A stretch of 64,000 nucleotides of DNA from Takakia lepidozioides (lineage: Eukaryota > Plantae > Bryophyta): NCBI GenBank assembly GCA_030704615.1, contig CM060732.1, positions 31,806,001-31,870,000 of the forward strand, written 5' to 3'. Of the stretch, positions 1 through 14,556 are shown in pieces (within the stretch, counting starts at the first letter, position 1; each line of letters opens with the position of its first letter). Both the position numbers and the translations under genes were made by a program. The notes beneath the pieces are model-generated. The model was given only the letters and a program-made list of their open reading frames with translations. It made no database searches and was not told the origin of the DNA.

Positions 1-457
1 GTGCGATGGAGAGAAGCAATTCCTGATTACTGTTCACTCATAATTATAAACTTGAGACAGACAGTCAGAACTGACAGAGCATCAACTGACAGGTCAAAAT
101 TGATCCATTTCAACCCTTGCTCACAGTTTCCTTACCAGCTTCTTCCAAATCAAGGTCACCCGGGAGTAGAAAGGCTCCCTAAGAACCCAGTTGGCACACT
201 CAAGAGTAAAGCAAAGAAGCTTCTGCCCAGTCTTTGAAGGATGCATCACTGACTGAAAATTTTCATTTTCTGCTCAATAATATTATGCATGTGTACAGTG
301 ATGGGGTACATACAAAGAACAATGCCAACACACTAGGGGTTGAGCTCACTCAGGCAAATGAAGTTAACTGACTGAAATTATACACACTGGATCAACTAAG
401 ATATGGCGGCTGTAATATTATTTATTGTCAACCCAAGGGAGTGCCTAAATCATGCTA

Positions 458-3250
458 TCAGCATTGCAGATGCTGGTAGACCTGACACTTGATCACTTTC
501 TGGTGAACCTGGAACCCCGGCATGGTCATAAACTGCACTTTCGGCATCGTGCATTTTTGACATTGAATTGTTGCATCAGGAGTGACAGTCTCCACGTAGA
601 GAGGGTTGAGTTCCATACCTCTTCCCACCCTCAGGATTGTAGCCACAGGGTTGAAAGAGAATGCCAGGCGATGTAGCAACCATACACACTTAGCGGCATC
701 TAGGAATGCTCCAGTGAACACTTGTCGCTCTGCTGCTTCCTTGAATACAATGTTCCAAGGGAATAGAAACCACATTCCTCGCATTTTCCTCTCACAGAAG
801 GCCAAAAATTTCGGTTCAAAACTGACATGATGAGAATTGGCTGCATCAATGGCATCCACTAGTTTCATGCGTTGGAACTCCTCAAACCGTTTAGTGCATC
901 GCCTGCTAGGATCAATGATCAGGGTCAGCCCTGTCTCATCAAAGCTGTCATTCTCAAAGCAATGGTACATGGCCTGCCGACAATCCACACACCTGTTAGA
1001 AAATATTCAGACTGTCGTTGTTGTGGATTTGGAACACTGGACAAACAGGAGTTCAAACGTCCATAAAAGTGGAAGCAGAAATGCAGTAATCCAAGCCAGG
1101 TATGTGGCAATAGCCTTCTTATCCCAGACTTCCAACAACCCAACCACTTTTTACCCCAATGGTGGCACTGGGTTCCATTGTCAACAAATTATGTAAGTGT
1201 ACAAGTAGTACTCCAGAATCTCAAGCCCGCAATAAACCCTGAGCGATCAAACTTTGGGAGGTCAGATCTTCAAGAAATGTCTTCTAGATAGAGTGGAACT
1301 GTAATGTGCCAGTTTGTATCTACCTTGTTAATGTTGGACTCCAGTGCAAATGCACTATGCTCCTTTTTACCAAAGCTTGCATCAGGGTCAATTGCTGCAA
1401 GCGTCCTCCAGACTGAGTACCCAGAGATTTCCATCTGATTCATAAATACTTTGCAGAAGTAACGGACAGCAACCCGAGCCCGGATTAATGCCATCTCAAA
1501 CAGAAGGATTCTTGCTGACATTCTTGTTTCCTGTGTCCCTGGACAGGGGCCGTCTGAAGTCTCCTCTGCATCCCCAGAGCCCTCCGAAAATATTTCCTGT
1601 GTTGCAATCTTTGGCTTTGCTGCTTCTGGTCTTGTGCATGTAGGCTGAGAGTCATCGGTACTTTCCAATAAACCATTGCTGGAAGAGGAGGAACCTGAGG
1701 TTTCAGAGGATGTCTCATTTTGCAAAAGGTCACCAGGAGTGCTAGTCTTTGAGTGTGGGTTGCCTGCACGGGTAGCAGGCTTCTTACAATCTGTCATCTG
1801 CACTTAAAAGCAATTGTCTCCATCAGAAATCCAGTATCAACTCACCAAAAAACTGAAGACAAATTCAAGGGTTTTTAGAACTGCCATCCTCCATGTCTCC
1901 AACTCTTTGCATCTGCACATCTATGTGAATAGCATTTCCATCACTGTTCTTCAACCTCTCAGGTTCTAGCTTAAACAGTAAATAACTCCCAAAATGGAAG
2001 GATGAGTCCAAATTTCTATATCAGACTTGCTGTGGCGCTTCCCAAGGATCATGAGGCCAATCACATCCTCATGTCCTGCAACTCCACAGTAAATCATCAC
2101 TCAAAATATTAGAATGTCTACAGATTGAGAGAGTAAAGTGTCAAAGCTCACTCTGTCAAGAGGTAACCAGAAGTGAAGAGGACCAACCAACTCATTTTAA
2201 GCACTAGTGATTGGGTTCAGCCAAGCAGTAGTCTAGTATCTTCAAGGCATCAGGACGTCAATTTCAAAGATGCTGGCAAAATTGTAAGGGCGGACTGTAT
2301 GGCCAGGCAAATTTGGTAAACTTAATCTGCAAATTTGGTGTAGTTGCCTATGTTGCCGGCCAAGGTCAGTTTGCTTCCTGTCAATTTCTGAACTTCTTGT
2401 GATTTGATTTGTTCATCTTCTAGGACTTGCACCAGACACTGGTAATATATGAAGAGTACCTAATAGCTTGACTGCATCCACATGCGACAGAGAGAGAGAG
2501 AGATTCCACTATCAACGAGGGTAGAAATAATTTACAACCTGTAATTGCTCAAGCCTCCATTCCAAAACTTCAATTGCGTCTTGCTTATCTGTGAGAGCCA
2601 TTTGCTGTCGCTTATTGAGCTCGAGTAAGGTAATTGCTCTGTTTTTGGCCCAAGCCTTGGCTGAGATGCTCTCACCGGGAAACCAACATGCGAAAAAGTT
2701 TGAAAAGACTCCTGAAAAGGGGCCACGGGGCCGGCAGCGGTTGGCACTCTTGCAAACTTCACGAATTGCATCCTCGCTGTAAAATGAAAGTTGGGAAGCA
2801 CTGACACCCGGACTGTCTGCAGAATTGGCAACGACGAAGCGCAAAACATTATACACAATGAAGGGGCGGAAGGGGGTTCATACTGTCCAAAGGAAGTGCG
2901 AAGAACTTATGCGACATGATCCCCTACGCAAAGAAAAACAAGCAAACACGGAAACTAGCTTAAATCGCTGCTCAAGAGGAGTTCATTTAACTCTGACGTA
3001 GTTTTGTAGACTTCGCTTGCCACGGCCTTGTGGTCGTAGGCAGATAAAGAACGGGGCAGGAGCGCCTGGGCAGACAAGATGATGGACACAAACCTTTTGT
3101 AACGTTGGGTCTGATTTTTGGATCAGAGGTTCCATCGGCTGCGTGACCGACTGCGGCGGAACTTGTGCTGAGCATTGGTGAAAAGCAGTTGTCGCTCATG
3201 GGTACCCGTGGTTTTGAACTTGTTTCAGAGTCGCTAGGGGAGGATTTCAT
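458..3250 (-). CDS. IRK-interacting protein / GIL1 (DUF641-associated)-like plant protein, spliced
   Basis: Phase-consistent GT-AG exons 3094-3250 (MKSSPSDSE...), 2539-2816, 1324-1797 and 458-973. Splicing gives FALESNINK|AMYHCFENDSFD. The C-terminus has FLDAAKCVWLLHRLAFSFNP...FMTMPGFQVHQKVIKCQVY, typical of this family. An extra small exon may lie in 1798-2538 (e.g. ~1846-1920). Splice sites upstream of 3280 suggest an intron-containing 5' UTR. Confidence 0.85.
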
Positions 3251-5648
3251 GGCCAAATCCTGCAGATCGTCCAAAGATGCCTGCAAGAAGGAAAAGCTAT
3301 ACTTTAGATTACAACATACATACCATGAATAAAACGCCTCTCCCCCGTTACTGCGAAATTTCGAAATTGGGTTACATCTGCACATGTAGACTTATCTTGC
3401 AACAAGATAAGTCCTGATTAATCTCCCCTGTGCACACACACGCTTCTACATAGACCAGGGAGTTTCACGCATGGAAAACAGGCAAATTCCACTACAAGTG
3501 AGGGGAAGTGCGGTCGGCCACAGCTAGTTGTGCCTACCCTGCCGGCTTGCCAACCTCAAAATTGAGACTGTCGAAGGGAGAGATAGCTAGAGCTTCCAGG
3601 TAGAACGTGGCACCCAGGCCATAAATCCACTGCTCTAGAGCTCCCTCTGACACACTGAAGAGAAAGTTTCTCTGGTTTTGACAAAACGAGGCGAGGAAAG
3701 CTCGATGAACGCTTGGGAAGAAAGAGAATAAAAACCCGGGGGAGGAAGTTGGCACAGCGGGAGATGGATGGATACATAGACAAGGGTGCTCACTGACGTC
3801 AAGAAAGTTGGCAAGCACTTAGCTGCCTTCAAAGCAAGGTTCCCAGCAAACTAAGCACCCCACCATCCGGGAGTAGTATGCTGATATGTACACTGCAGTA
3901 CGCTGAATTGTAAGAGGCAGACATGAATGTTACCTGGGGCAAATTGTCAAGGGTGGGGCCTTCCATTGCCAGGCCAAGCATCCACTCCCCACCACACCAA
4001 CCAGCAAGGTTCCCTGCCATTCTATATTACTGATAACGAGATAAACACCAGGATGGCCAACGTCATAGCCTTCTTGCTCACATTCACAATGCTTTAAAGG
4101 CACGAGTAAGCTGATATGCGATGGGGCCGAAGAGTGCACAGGTGGAAGAGCAGAGGCCGCCTTTCGCCTCCGTCAATTCTGCGATACCACAACGACATCA
4201 TGGGACGCATCAGCGACCCAGCACCGCAAAGACCTCTTGTTCCAAATCCCTGTCGCAAACAAATCCTGCAGCTCAACGAAGATGCGCAAAATTGCCAACA
4301 GCACAAGTCAAAGATAGGTAACCCCGCAGCTGGAATGGAATCTACCACATCCAGAAGAACCTTCCCTACACCGCCACGCATTCCACCAAACAAATCCCTC
4401 CTCCTACACCCCCTCGCTGCAGCGACAGCCACCAAAATCTTCGGGAAATACAATACAAATTGCAGCTCCTGATCCTCGCACCTCGGCCGTCGCTCAACCG
4501 CAGCTGCAACAGTAGTCTGCCGAGAGAGACAACAGTCTACAGAGCGCAGCAGCCAGCCAGCTCGCCAGCAGACTTACTTACTAACCGCACTCACTAGTCC
4601 GTTAACCGCACTCACTACGCTCACCCAATCATGAGTTGCAGGCGCCCCGTTTACGTTAATAAGAGTCACTAATAAGATTCGGTGCCGGCAAAACCCGGGT
4701 TGAAGCTGCCCGCCGGCAAACGGCTTCCCGCCCACGCCCGTCTTTACTTAACGCCTTCACTCCCCACCCCCCGTCTTTACTACTGTTTCGCCGTCTTTAT
4801 GGAACCGATGAACGAGATTTTCTCGTTGGCCCCAGCGGGGTGGATGAAATGGATGAATAACTGTTAGTTAAGAACCAGAGTTAATTGACTTGTACGCCGC
4901 AGTGGTGGAAGTCTTGGCATTTCAATATTCTAATTACTCGAAAATTAATTCCACATTCAGAGCAGTTAGTAGCCTGTAACCAGTAACTGGTGTCAGTTAT
5001 GAGTCGAGCACGTTGTGGTAACAGAGTGCTCTCAGTTAGTTTGCGCGGGAAGGTCTGGCATCCACCGACGGGCGGATTCTGTCGCCGTATCATCCTTTAT
5101 CCATCCGTTGCCGGCTCAGCACCTGGCTCCGGACCTGGAGTGGACAAGCGGCGGAAGCGAGGGTTTTAGGTTATTGGAAATGTGAGATGTCGGTCTGTAC
5201 GGGCAGCAGCTGTGCTGCCCGAGTGCGGACCTGGTCTGTTTCGGCGGGTGATGATTAGCGCGCTTTATTTGGATGGCGGTCAGAGGCCGGGGAGGCATCA
5301 TAACTGATAACTGAGGCCATAACTGAGGGACTAGTTAGGGTAGTTATGCGCAAGGCGGCATCAATGCCGTCCTAAATGTGCAGGCCTCCCACCGAAATGT
5401 TTCCTGGGCTGCTCGAAAGCCCAACTAGGCAACGTAGTCAGGGCAGCCATAACTTTTTAGGGTTTCTGATACATAAACCCAATTCAACCGTTGTATGTGG
5501 ACAAGATTTAGATTAGGGTTTATGTCTCTAGTAGCGGCCTAACTACCAGTGGGTAGATAGTGTACTGCGTGCCACCCAGGAAGATTAGGGTTCAAATCCT
5601 TCTATCGACAGTGTGCCGCATTGGTGAAGTAGATAAGACTCATGCCAT

Positions 5649-5779
5649 TCCCCTTTCAGTAACTAGCACAAAGTTAGGGAAAATACAGTAAGTTTGGTAG
5701 TTTTTTTTTTTTTCCCCCGTTGAATCCCCTTTCAGTAACTAGCACAAAGTTAGGGGAAATACAGTAAGTTTGGTAGTTT
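5649..5779. repeat. 55-bp direct duplication
   Basis: tcccctttcagtaactagcacaaagttaggg(a/g)aaatacagtaagtttggtagttt at 5649-5703 and 5725-5779, one mismatch. Confidence 0.85.
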
Positions 5780-5898
5780 GTTTTTCTTTTTTTAAACAGA
5801 AAGGGGACGGGAAAAAAAAGGGGGGGGGGGGGCGTAATTCTTGTTTGTAGAGTAGTTGAGATCTCCCAAAGCGCAAGGCCTCCGTCAGGGGTCTTGAT

Positions 5899-6550
5899 AC
5901 TGTTGGATAATATCAGCCGGTTACAGGCCGGTAACAGCTGTTTAACTTTAACTTTTTGTTCACATCCTCCAGTTCCGGGGTTTTGGAGCTTTCCCATTTC
6001 TGATATTCTGCCGGTTCACAACAAATACAAAATTTAACCTTATGCGGTTATGGACAAATGGAATTTATGTGAGGATGGCCTCCGGCGGTTCAATATCCGG
6101 CTATCAAAAAATATAAGTTCATTTTATAAAATAGAATAACCCAAACTCAAAAGTCTCACGTATTGAATACTAATAAAAAAATAGTTACAATTATTAGGGC
6201 AAGACATAGAAGAGTGCTCTAGGAGATTTAAGAAAAAAAAAAAATGAAGTTAGAGAACAGGGAGATCTATTGTAGACAATGAAGAAAATACAAGTCCGTT
6301 CAAATCTTAGAAAATGGGCATGCATAATAAAATATGAAGTTATAAATATGAGTTCCCCTTCAAATGAAGACCGGGACTGCTCATGACTATGACCCGCCTG
6401 GTTTATGTCTAGTGAACCGGATCTTATCCGGATTATAACCTCCGATTTTAAATGCCGGATATATGGGTTCATAACCTGCTTCTTTTGGACCACTAGTTCC
6501 GGTTCAAATCAAATAAAAAAGATACACAAAACCAGCTGTTCTCAACAGGA
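5899..6550. mobile_element. probable non-autonomous DNA transposon (MITE-like)
   Basis: Degenerate inverted ends (ctgttg...caacag), many ccggtt/ccggat subterminal motifs, AT-rich core. No clean TSD. Confidence 0.35.
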
Positions 6551-9500
6551 TCTGGTTATCCCATCCCTTCATATCCGGCAGTTCTTAATGGAGGCGGATA
6601 TTTGATTTTTTGATCTCTGGCAGATCCACATATAGATCCAGGTTGGGCTCCACGGGGTGGTTGAGGCTGAATAAAATATCCACAGTGACACATGAGTTTT
6701 GAATGGTTCAAGTTAATCATTTTATTGTATCCAATGGTCTTCCGTATCTTAAATTTTATGGCTGAGACGTGACGCACAAATGGCTAGACACGTTGCTGGC
6801 TTTTGGTATTTGTGGATACTGCTTCTTCTGTGGGAGGTTTTCCATCCATCCTCGAGCGCGATGAGATCTAATTTCATCCATACTAAATTTTAAAACTCAT
6901 GATGAACAATATGCATTTACGTCACCTTATTAACTTTCATCATCTTCCATGGTCATGGTTTCATCCATTTGTTTTTGGTGGGGACGGATAAGTCGTGAGT
7001 GTGAGCGTGAGCGGGCAGGCTCAGGTCAGGCTCGGGTCAGGCTCGGGTCAGTCTTGGGTCTGGGAATATTCCGAGATAGGACCTTAACATGTTATGGGTG
7101 TGAAAATGAGTCCTAAAGGACTACAACATTTTGGGACATTTGAACCTTGTTCTATTCAAGACTCCTTTAGGACCCCTTAAACTTGTCAAATCACAAAACA
7201 ATTTATATGGGCAGGACAAGAACTTCAAGGGCTTTCCAATGATGTAATGTGTCTATGGTTTCATACTGAACTCAATATCCTAAATTTGGATCGATTGCGC
7301 CATATGTGCTGGAAAACAGTTTGTGACATCCTTTTTGGGTCCTATTAGTGTGCTTTGACCCATGTACCACACATTATTCCGAGAATATTTGATGGAGTAT
7401 CCCAATAATACCACCAATAAATATCCATTAGAATATTTGAATATACCAGGAATATTCCAAGAATATGCTAAACATATGCCTAGAATATATGAATATACCA
7501 AGAATAGTCGAATATGCTTAGAATACCTTTTCTGGCATTGATTGTTTGGGCTGTATGTTGAGTTTTCTATGGCATATCGATAGTTCTGTGCGGAAATATT
7601 GATGTTTCTTTTTTTTTTACGAATTCAGCATTTTTTGCATGAATGTTTTACTCACAAGTTAGGTTCGGGATATGTTTGGGGACAAAATTAGGTGGAATAT
7701 TCTCAAAAATTGAGTATTATTCCTCTTCTGCTCACAACATTTTCTGCTCACTCTCACAAGAACACTGCCTCGTTTTTGGTCAGTTATTGTACAACCTGCA
7801 AAGAGTTGGGGAATGTACAATGGGAGTTCTGGCACCCATGCTTGGTCCACTTGGAAGGAAAACCCAACAAATGGGCCCCTTAATTACACGAAGAGGAATA
7901 AACAAGCGGCGAGTCATGTATGGCTCTTCTTGTGAATAGTGGAATATACTTTCATCTTGAAAATTCATCCATTTGTTTTGTTGTTCATTAACAGAGATGT
8001 TACTTGAGGGAGGTGTTACTTTGAGAAGGCACATCATGGAAATTGTTTAGAGCAAAGGAGGGGAGGTGACAGTGACCTTAAGATTTTTTGACACTGATGT
8101 GTAGTCCACCCTTTACAGAAAGAGAAGCCAATAAATCTTTTCAAGAGAAGAGCACCAAGGGACGGGAGCGCATAATACTACACACAACCGCATCCCTATA
8201 GGTACTTTTAATTAACCTTGTTGGTGCCTTAGGCATACAACCAAAAAACTAACACTACTCAGAGTAGGTTAGTGCTTTGAAAGAGGTTATTTCTCATGTC
8301 ACTATTACTAATGGGCCTGTTGATTTGTTAGGCTTCACCGTATTCTCGTTTACTAAAGATGAAAAATTGCAGAACTACTAGCTTTTGGAAAAACAATAAG
8401 GAATAATATAAGAATACAGGCAATCTGACCGTACTTTTGTTGGATTCCCCCTGCCTCTGTTCCGGCCCCTGTCAAATTCTCCCCACCCCCTCTTATCTCC
8501 GACTCACTCTTAAATAGTTTAGAATGCGGACATCACTTGAGCATTGATGAGTGGTGATGGTAGCTATGCGGTCCAAGGTTTGATCCTTGGTGGACAGTTG
8601 TGTCACCAAGTCTATGTAGTGTGTTTCACCTCCACCTTAGTGCATGTTATGCTTAGTCAAATTTCAGGGCAGTAGGAGTGACACAAGTAGGAGTTACACC
8701 AATTGGAGTGTCACCCTCAAAAGGGGGTGGGGAATATTTGACATGCCGGAAACGGGATGCTGAACTCCGTGCTGTCGGAGTTCGTCTGTATTAAGTCCTT
8801 AGATTATTCTTACTTAGTGTGGCCTGTGCCGTTGAGCACATACATTCATGACAGTGTGTACCAAAAGAAAAATGAATGGCCACTATTCCATAAATCCGCA
8901 ATTTGCTACAAATTTAAAAATTTCCCATGACAAAAAATGCTTGACATAAAATATCTCCTACATCGCAGGTCCAAAAATCATGAACCACCTGGATGCACCC
9001 CTACTCATCCAGGCCCAAACAAATAACTGCACAACAATGGTATATACATACACATATATATTGGCAATAATTGCAAAATATCAAAGTTCAAAGACAAGGT
9101 GAGGAGCCAAAACACAAAATACCTAAAGCAAAAGGACAAGAAGAGACAACAAAAAAATTATTCAAGCTTTAAAACACACATGATAAAAGAGCTGATACCA
9201 TAAGCATAATAGCTCATATCTTGTTATAATTTATGAATGGTTCTGATTTTCTCTAAGCTTTTTTGGGCGGAGGCTCTTAGGTAGTGTGGTCAAATCTTAA
9301 GTACTCTAAGATTATAAAGACGCCTTTGAAGACTCTAGGAACATACTAAGCATATTATGGGAGATTAAGGCGCACGTGGAGATTTACCATATGGTCGCCG
9401 GGGTTGGGAAGGTGCCTTTGGCACCTACCGTCAGCCCTATTTGCAAGCCTAGCTTGTAGATCAAAACTTTAAAAAAGTGAAATGCATTAAATGAGCAATG

Positions 9501-12035
9501 CGGGGAATGAAACTATCTCACGTAGTGTGGTGCAATATTGGGTTGTGATTAACCTTTAACACCTAAACGGTAGCGGGTCCGTTCACTTTTTCCCAGAAGA
9601 ATGGGCCCCGCCCAGTAAAATACCACGTAAATTTTGGAAAAGCTTGAATCTGAAAATCCTGACTGGACAATATGGAGCCACCTACCCTGGCATGCCCTGG
9701 CCACACTTCGGGCCAATCAAATAAGTCTTGCCCACCATTGGAAGTGGGGCCCAGTTTTTTGGATTTTTTGGAGTTTGCAGTTGGTGAGGGCATGATGCAG
9801 GACCAAAATTGGCAAGAGTTGATCCCCACGTCCCTCTTGTTCCAACAAGCCCAAGATGACCAAATTGGAGCCCATTAGAGCTCCCAGCACTTGATCAAAG
9901 CAGAGGGAGTATGGAGTGCTCATTTGAAGACTATGCACATGTTATTGTTATGCAACTGAACTCTCCAGCTAGTTCTCTCTCTCTCTCTCCTTTTCACCCA
10001 CACCTATACATGAAATGCATGGGTGTGATTTGAACCCACTATACTGCCCTTTGGCACTCATACATGCAGTACACAAGGGGGGAGTTAGTCTTCCCCCTTG
10101 TCTACACCCACGCTTTGATAGGGGACTACACTAATTTTGACTACCACTACATGTTTAGTGCGGTTATCAAATGAAGAATTGTTGAACCCTACCCAACATG
10201 CACATTCTGAACTACTTTTTGATTCAACAACATATTGTTGCTCAGAACTATCTATACCTAAATGCAGCAAACTATAGACTTGCAAAAAAAGTGGTGGTCA
10301 TTTTGTCATGTGCTTAAGTTTCCACCTGACAGACCACAGCAAAACAATTCAGGCATATTAGCCAGCAAACATCCAACTTAACAGCGAAGAGTACCCTAAT
10401 GACCCATTCCCAAAACTCTACTTGTGTCATAGTATCTATCCAAGCGACTCTCTATATTGCCACCCCAACTCTGTCCAAATGACTCACTAATTACCTATGA
10501 CCATCTATTAATAAAACCTCTTCAAAGCCAATAAAAGCATGAAGCCACTACAGTCCAGGCAAACCATAGTATTCAAAGACAAACACACCATTACAATTAT
10601 AGACAAAGAGAAATAAAAAGAAGGTACCCCCTCCTTCACATTAACAGTTTCCTCATCTCTGCAAGAGCAAACAAAGCACAGCAATAGTTAGTAAATTGGA
10701 GCTCATATGGATCAGCCTCTACTATGATGCTTCACAAAACATGTCCCCAAACAGAGGGGGACGGCTCGGCAACAACAACCTGCAGGAGAAGAAAAAGGCA
10801 ACAACAACGTGCAAGACAATCACAAGGCCGATGGGAACCTGCCAGCAACGCGTGCAAGGCTACGTGTGAGAGAGAAGGAAACCGCGGGAAGAGAGTGAAA
10901 CAGATGGAAGCCGGCCCAACCAGACCCCAAGCCACGAAAAACCCTATTCTCAGCCATCGATTCTCATCTGCCCAATCGCTCTTGCGTGCACGATCCCAAC
11001 AATGACACGTTGTGCGCGCACAACAAAAAATGAAATTTGGGTAACATTTGCGCTTGTGACACCTGTTTAAGCCCAGACTCTAGCCCATTTCGGGCCTTGT
11101 GGGAGCCTTGTGGGCGTTTAGGGATTAAGGACGTGCCATTAGGCAAATTCATCCCCAAAAAAGTAACCTCAGCTTGCTAGTTAGGTAAGGCTACACATCT
11201 ATTCCATTACATCCAAAAAAAAAAAAATCTTACTACATTTATCTTATCTATCATATACATCCACTTAACAAATTATGGACAAATTCACCATAGGACAAGA
11301 GATATTTTTATGTTTTAATGGGGAGTTTTTTGTTTTTGGATTTTGGAAATTATGAACTTGGAGCTTTGATTAGGCTTTTGAGCCACTTGTTGATTTTCCT
11401 ACTATCGTCTCCCATATAGAATGTGGCATGGTATCCTAGCCAACTATGTCTGTAATAAGTTCAAGTCAAACAACCTTTTTCCTAGTAGGGTCTTTTGTAT
11501 GTGTTAATGGGGGGTAGGGTCAAGCTGACCTCCATAGCTTGGCAATTCAATTCAACGTATGCCAATGTCAGCCATAGATTCTTTGGTAATCAGATGTTTC
11601 ACTCAATCCCTACGGTGGGGGGGGTGTGGATTGTACTACAATAGTGAGCTTGGTAAAAATGATTCTAGATCTAAGGGTGAAATTTATAAATGTGCAGGGC
11701 ACTGAGTGGGCCCAATGTGTGACCAATTATGCTTGGCCATGCAGACAGACAACTTTACGTAGGCCCTCCTGCAAGCTCCAATTTCATGACCTATGTGTTA
11801 TTTTCAAAAAATCTGCAAGTCAAAGAATTCACTAGAAGGTATTGCTTTCAATGCAAGGACACCGGTCATGTTATCAGAAAAACTACTTCCTCGAAACCCG
11901 AAATAGGTCTTTTGTACCAATATATGCATCTACATATATGGCGACCAATGGGGAACACTCGTCCCGAGTGTAAGAGAATCCAGTGTTCATCCACTGAAAT
12001 TCGGATAGATTCATCATTCTCCGTACTTTCATCCA

Positions 12036-12118
12036 GAGAGAGAGATGACTCTAGCCGAAGCCGGCGTAACTAAGAGCCACTTCGCCTTGCGGCTATTGCC
12101 CCTTTTCAGGTGTGGGCT
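12036..12118 (-). mobile_element. short 3' end of Dualen-like LINE (extreme 5' truncation or SINE) with (TC)n tail
   Basis: Matches the LINE 3' end at 22605-22692. Flanked by a 13-bp TSD gtactttcatcca (12023-12035, 12119-12131). Confidence 0.8.
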
Positions 12119-12984
12119 GTACTTTCATCCATTGATATAATCCATATCTAGAAAATTCATCCATAATTATTTTTTATTTGGAAAAATTTGGTGATTTCAT
12201 CCATGAAAAAACAGGGAATTTATGATAGAGTATTCCATTTTATTTCTAGAGGTCAAAATTTGACGATTATTTGCTATTAAAAAAAAAATCTTGGGTCTTT
12301 AAGTGCTAAGAAGATATATGGTTTTATATTGATTTTTATTTTTATTTTTTAAATCTTTGTTTTAGAAGTAGATCATGAATCATGACCCATCCCTCTTGTT
12401 CCCCATTTTCGAGCTTCCAGCCTCCTGCTTCTCTATTTTGGGACTCTTTAGGAGTGGGAGAAGCATGTGAGACTACAACATTGGACATGGCGGGAGTGAG
12501 TATTTGACAACGGTCCCATAAGATGCATCTCCGGCTACCCGGACGGATTACCATACTAGTATGGCCGATTTCCATATCCCGGACTTGGGCCAATATCACA
12601 CCACATAAACATAAATGACACCTCTTTTCAATGTGTTATTTTTCGCCAATCGCCTGGCCAATGCAATATCTGGGAATATGGTCAAAAGTTCATTGCCCAC
12701 AGCCGGCAACTGACTTGATTATACTCAGTTACATGCATGTTGTGTGAACCATCACCCTTCTCCCCTTGTCTCAATCGCCCCCCCTCTTCGATACATATGC
12801 CTAGCCTCCATCTCGCCACCCATTGGGATCCACCATATGTCTGGTCACCACCTCATTGGGTCATAGCCCTGGACAAGAAGACAAACCTACTCCCCACTTG
12901 TTTGAATTAGACTTACTCACATAGTAAAATGCAACATTCCTTACTCTCCGTTCAAAAGGAAGGGTAAGGAGGAACGTCATTTTC

Positions 12985-13320
12985 ATTCAACATTTGCAGA
13001 AGTTCATTCAAGAGAAGTGCATGGCAAGGTTTTTTGCGATTGAAAGAGGTGGGATTCTATCTCATTTGCATTTTCAGATGGTTTTCAAGTTGTTAGCAAC
13101 AAGTACATGCAAACAAACTGATCAAATCCTATTTTGGTTGGGACAAACGTCTGCCACCAGGGGATATAGTAACTCAGGCAAGCTCGCTTGCATACCTGGA
13201 AAGGTATGTTAGGTTACTGTTTGAAAGATTTTGGTCAGCCTTATTTTCAATTTTTTGTGAAAATGTCACTACGGAAGAAATGGAAGAGAGAAAGGAGTTG
13301 TATGCTTTATATGGTAGTGC
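12985..13320 (+). pseudogene. Replitron-like HUH endonuclease remnant
   Basis: FAIERGGILSHLHFQM (HUH motif, 13063-13071). After frameshifts: NKLIKSYFGWDK, HTWKGMLGYCLKDFGQPYF (YxxK tyrosine at 13215) and ENVTTEEMEERKELYALYG. Confidence 0.75.
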
Positions 13321-14556
13321 CTTAATGTTGGATATAGCGGTGCATTTGTTGACGTTGTTATCAACTAGCAAAAGTATACTCCGTTACATTTTGGACCTAT
13401 CGAACCGGATACACCTATCTATTCTGTAACGTTTTACATACTTTAATCTATCTGTATATACATTTGTTACACTTCAATTCGACGCGATATGTGTGTAGAC
13501 TCGCATTTTATTCAGAATATGATACACAAATGGATTAGGCAAGGTTGCACTAAGACCATAGAGTCAATGGACGGTATCCCCGACCATTGGACCACAATGT
13601 ATACTTCTAATTTGAACATCAGTTTGCCCAATTTTGTCCATCATCCCTAGTAAAAAAACTAAAATGAATGAAATTTATGTTCTCATTTGAAAATGAAAGA
13701 ACAGCCAAAAGTTGGACTCGTATAATCAACAGCCGGGAATTGACTTATCATACTTGGTTATCTGCCTATGATGTGAATGGTCACCTTTTTCCCCCTCGTC
13801 TCAATCGGCCACCCATTCAGACTTACCTCGGCCACCCACTCGGACTTACCTCACATATCTAGCCTCCATGTGTCCCCGCCTCCCCCCCCCCCTTAGGACC
13901 CACCATGCGTTAGGTCATCCCCTCGATGGCTCACAACCATTTTCGGGCGAGTAGTACACAGGTGAGACCCATGTATGTAGGTGAGACCCATGTATGTATA
14001 CTGGTATATCCAACCCCAACCACCCAGCCCCCTACTTGCTTTTGACCAGCCCCAGACCTTACCTAGGCGGATTTGCCTCTATGGGCAGTCCCAAGACTTG
14101 CAAAGTCTGGTTAGGGCTAGTTTTAGAGTGGATATTAACTATTTTAACGTCCGCCGGTTCCGGGTATTATCAACATGACAAACAGTAGATCCGGGTTAGA
14201 GGTGTGAACAAGCCAGCACGGGCTAGTGATGTCTAGTGATCAACAGGGCACGAGGTACTTGAGCCCTTGTTTCACTGACAACGATTTTCAATTGAGTGAG
14301 GATTTAGGGGTTTGTTGGTGGTGGTGGATTGGCCAATTTAGGTATTGCAAAACTTTTTTCAAAAGAAAAATAACATCATTGAAGGAAATCAAGAACTCAT
14401 TGAGAGTTTTCTATTTTTTGACACAAATTTTTGAGATAGACTCTATGCATACACCTGATATGATTAGTTTGATTCACTTATCTATGTATTTATGGCTTAT
14501 GTTTAAAGCTTTGATGTAGACAGTGCAATAATTATTTAATTTAAGCGAGATATATG

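Noticed and set aside
4094-4472. Overlapping ORFs of 118-119 aa on both strands
   Set aside because: No recognisable motif; probably 5' UTR or intron of the IRKI-like gene.
5535-5605. tRNA genes at ggttcaaatcc boxes (also ~8580, ~50140, ~50300)
   Set aside because: Only B-box-like motifs; no convincing cloverleaf. More likely SINE remnants.
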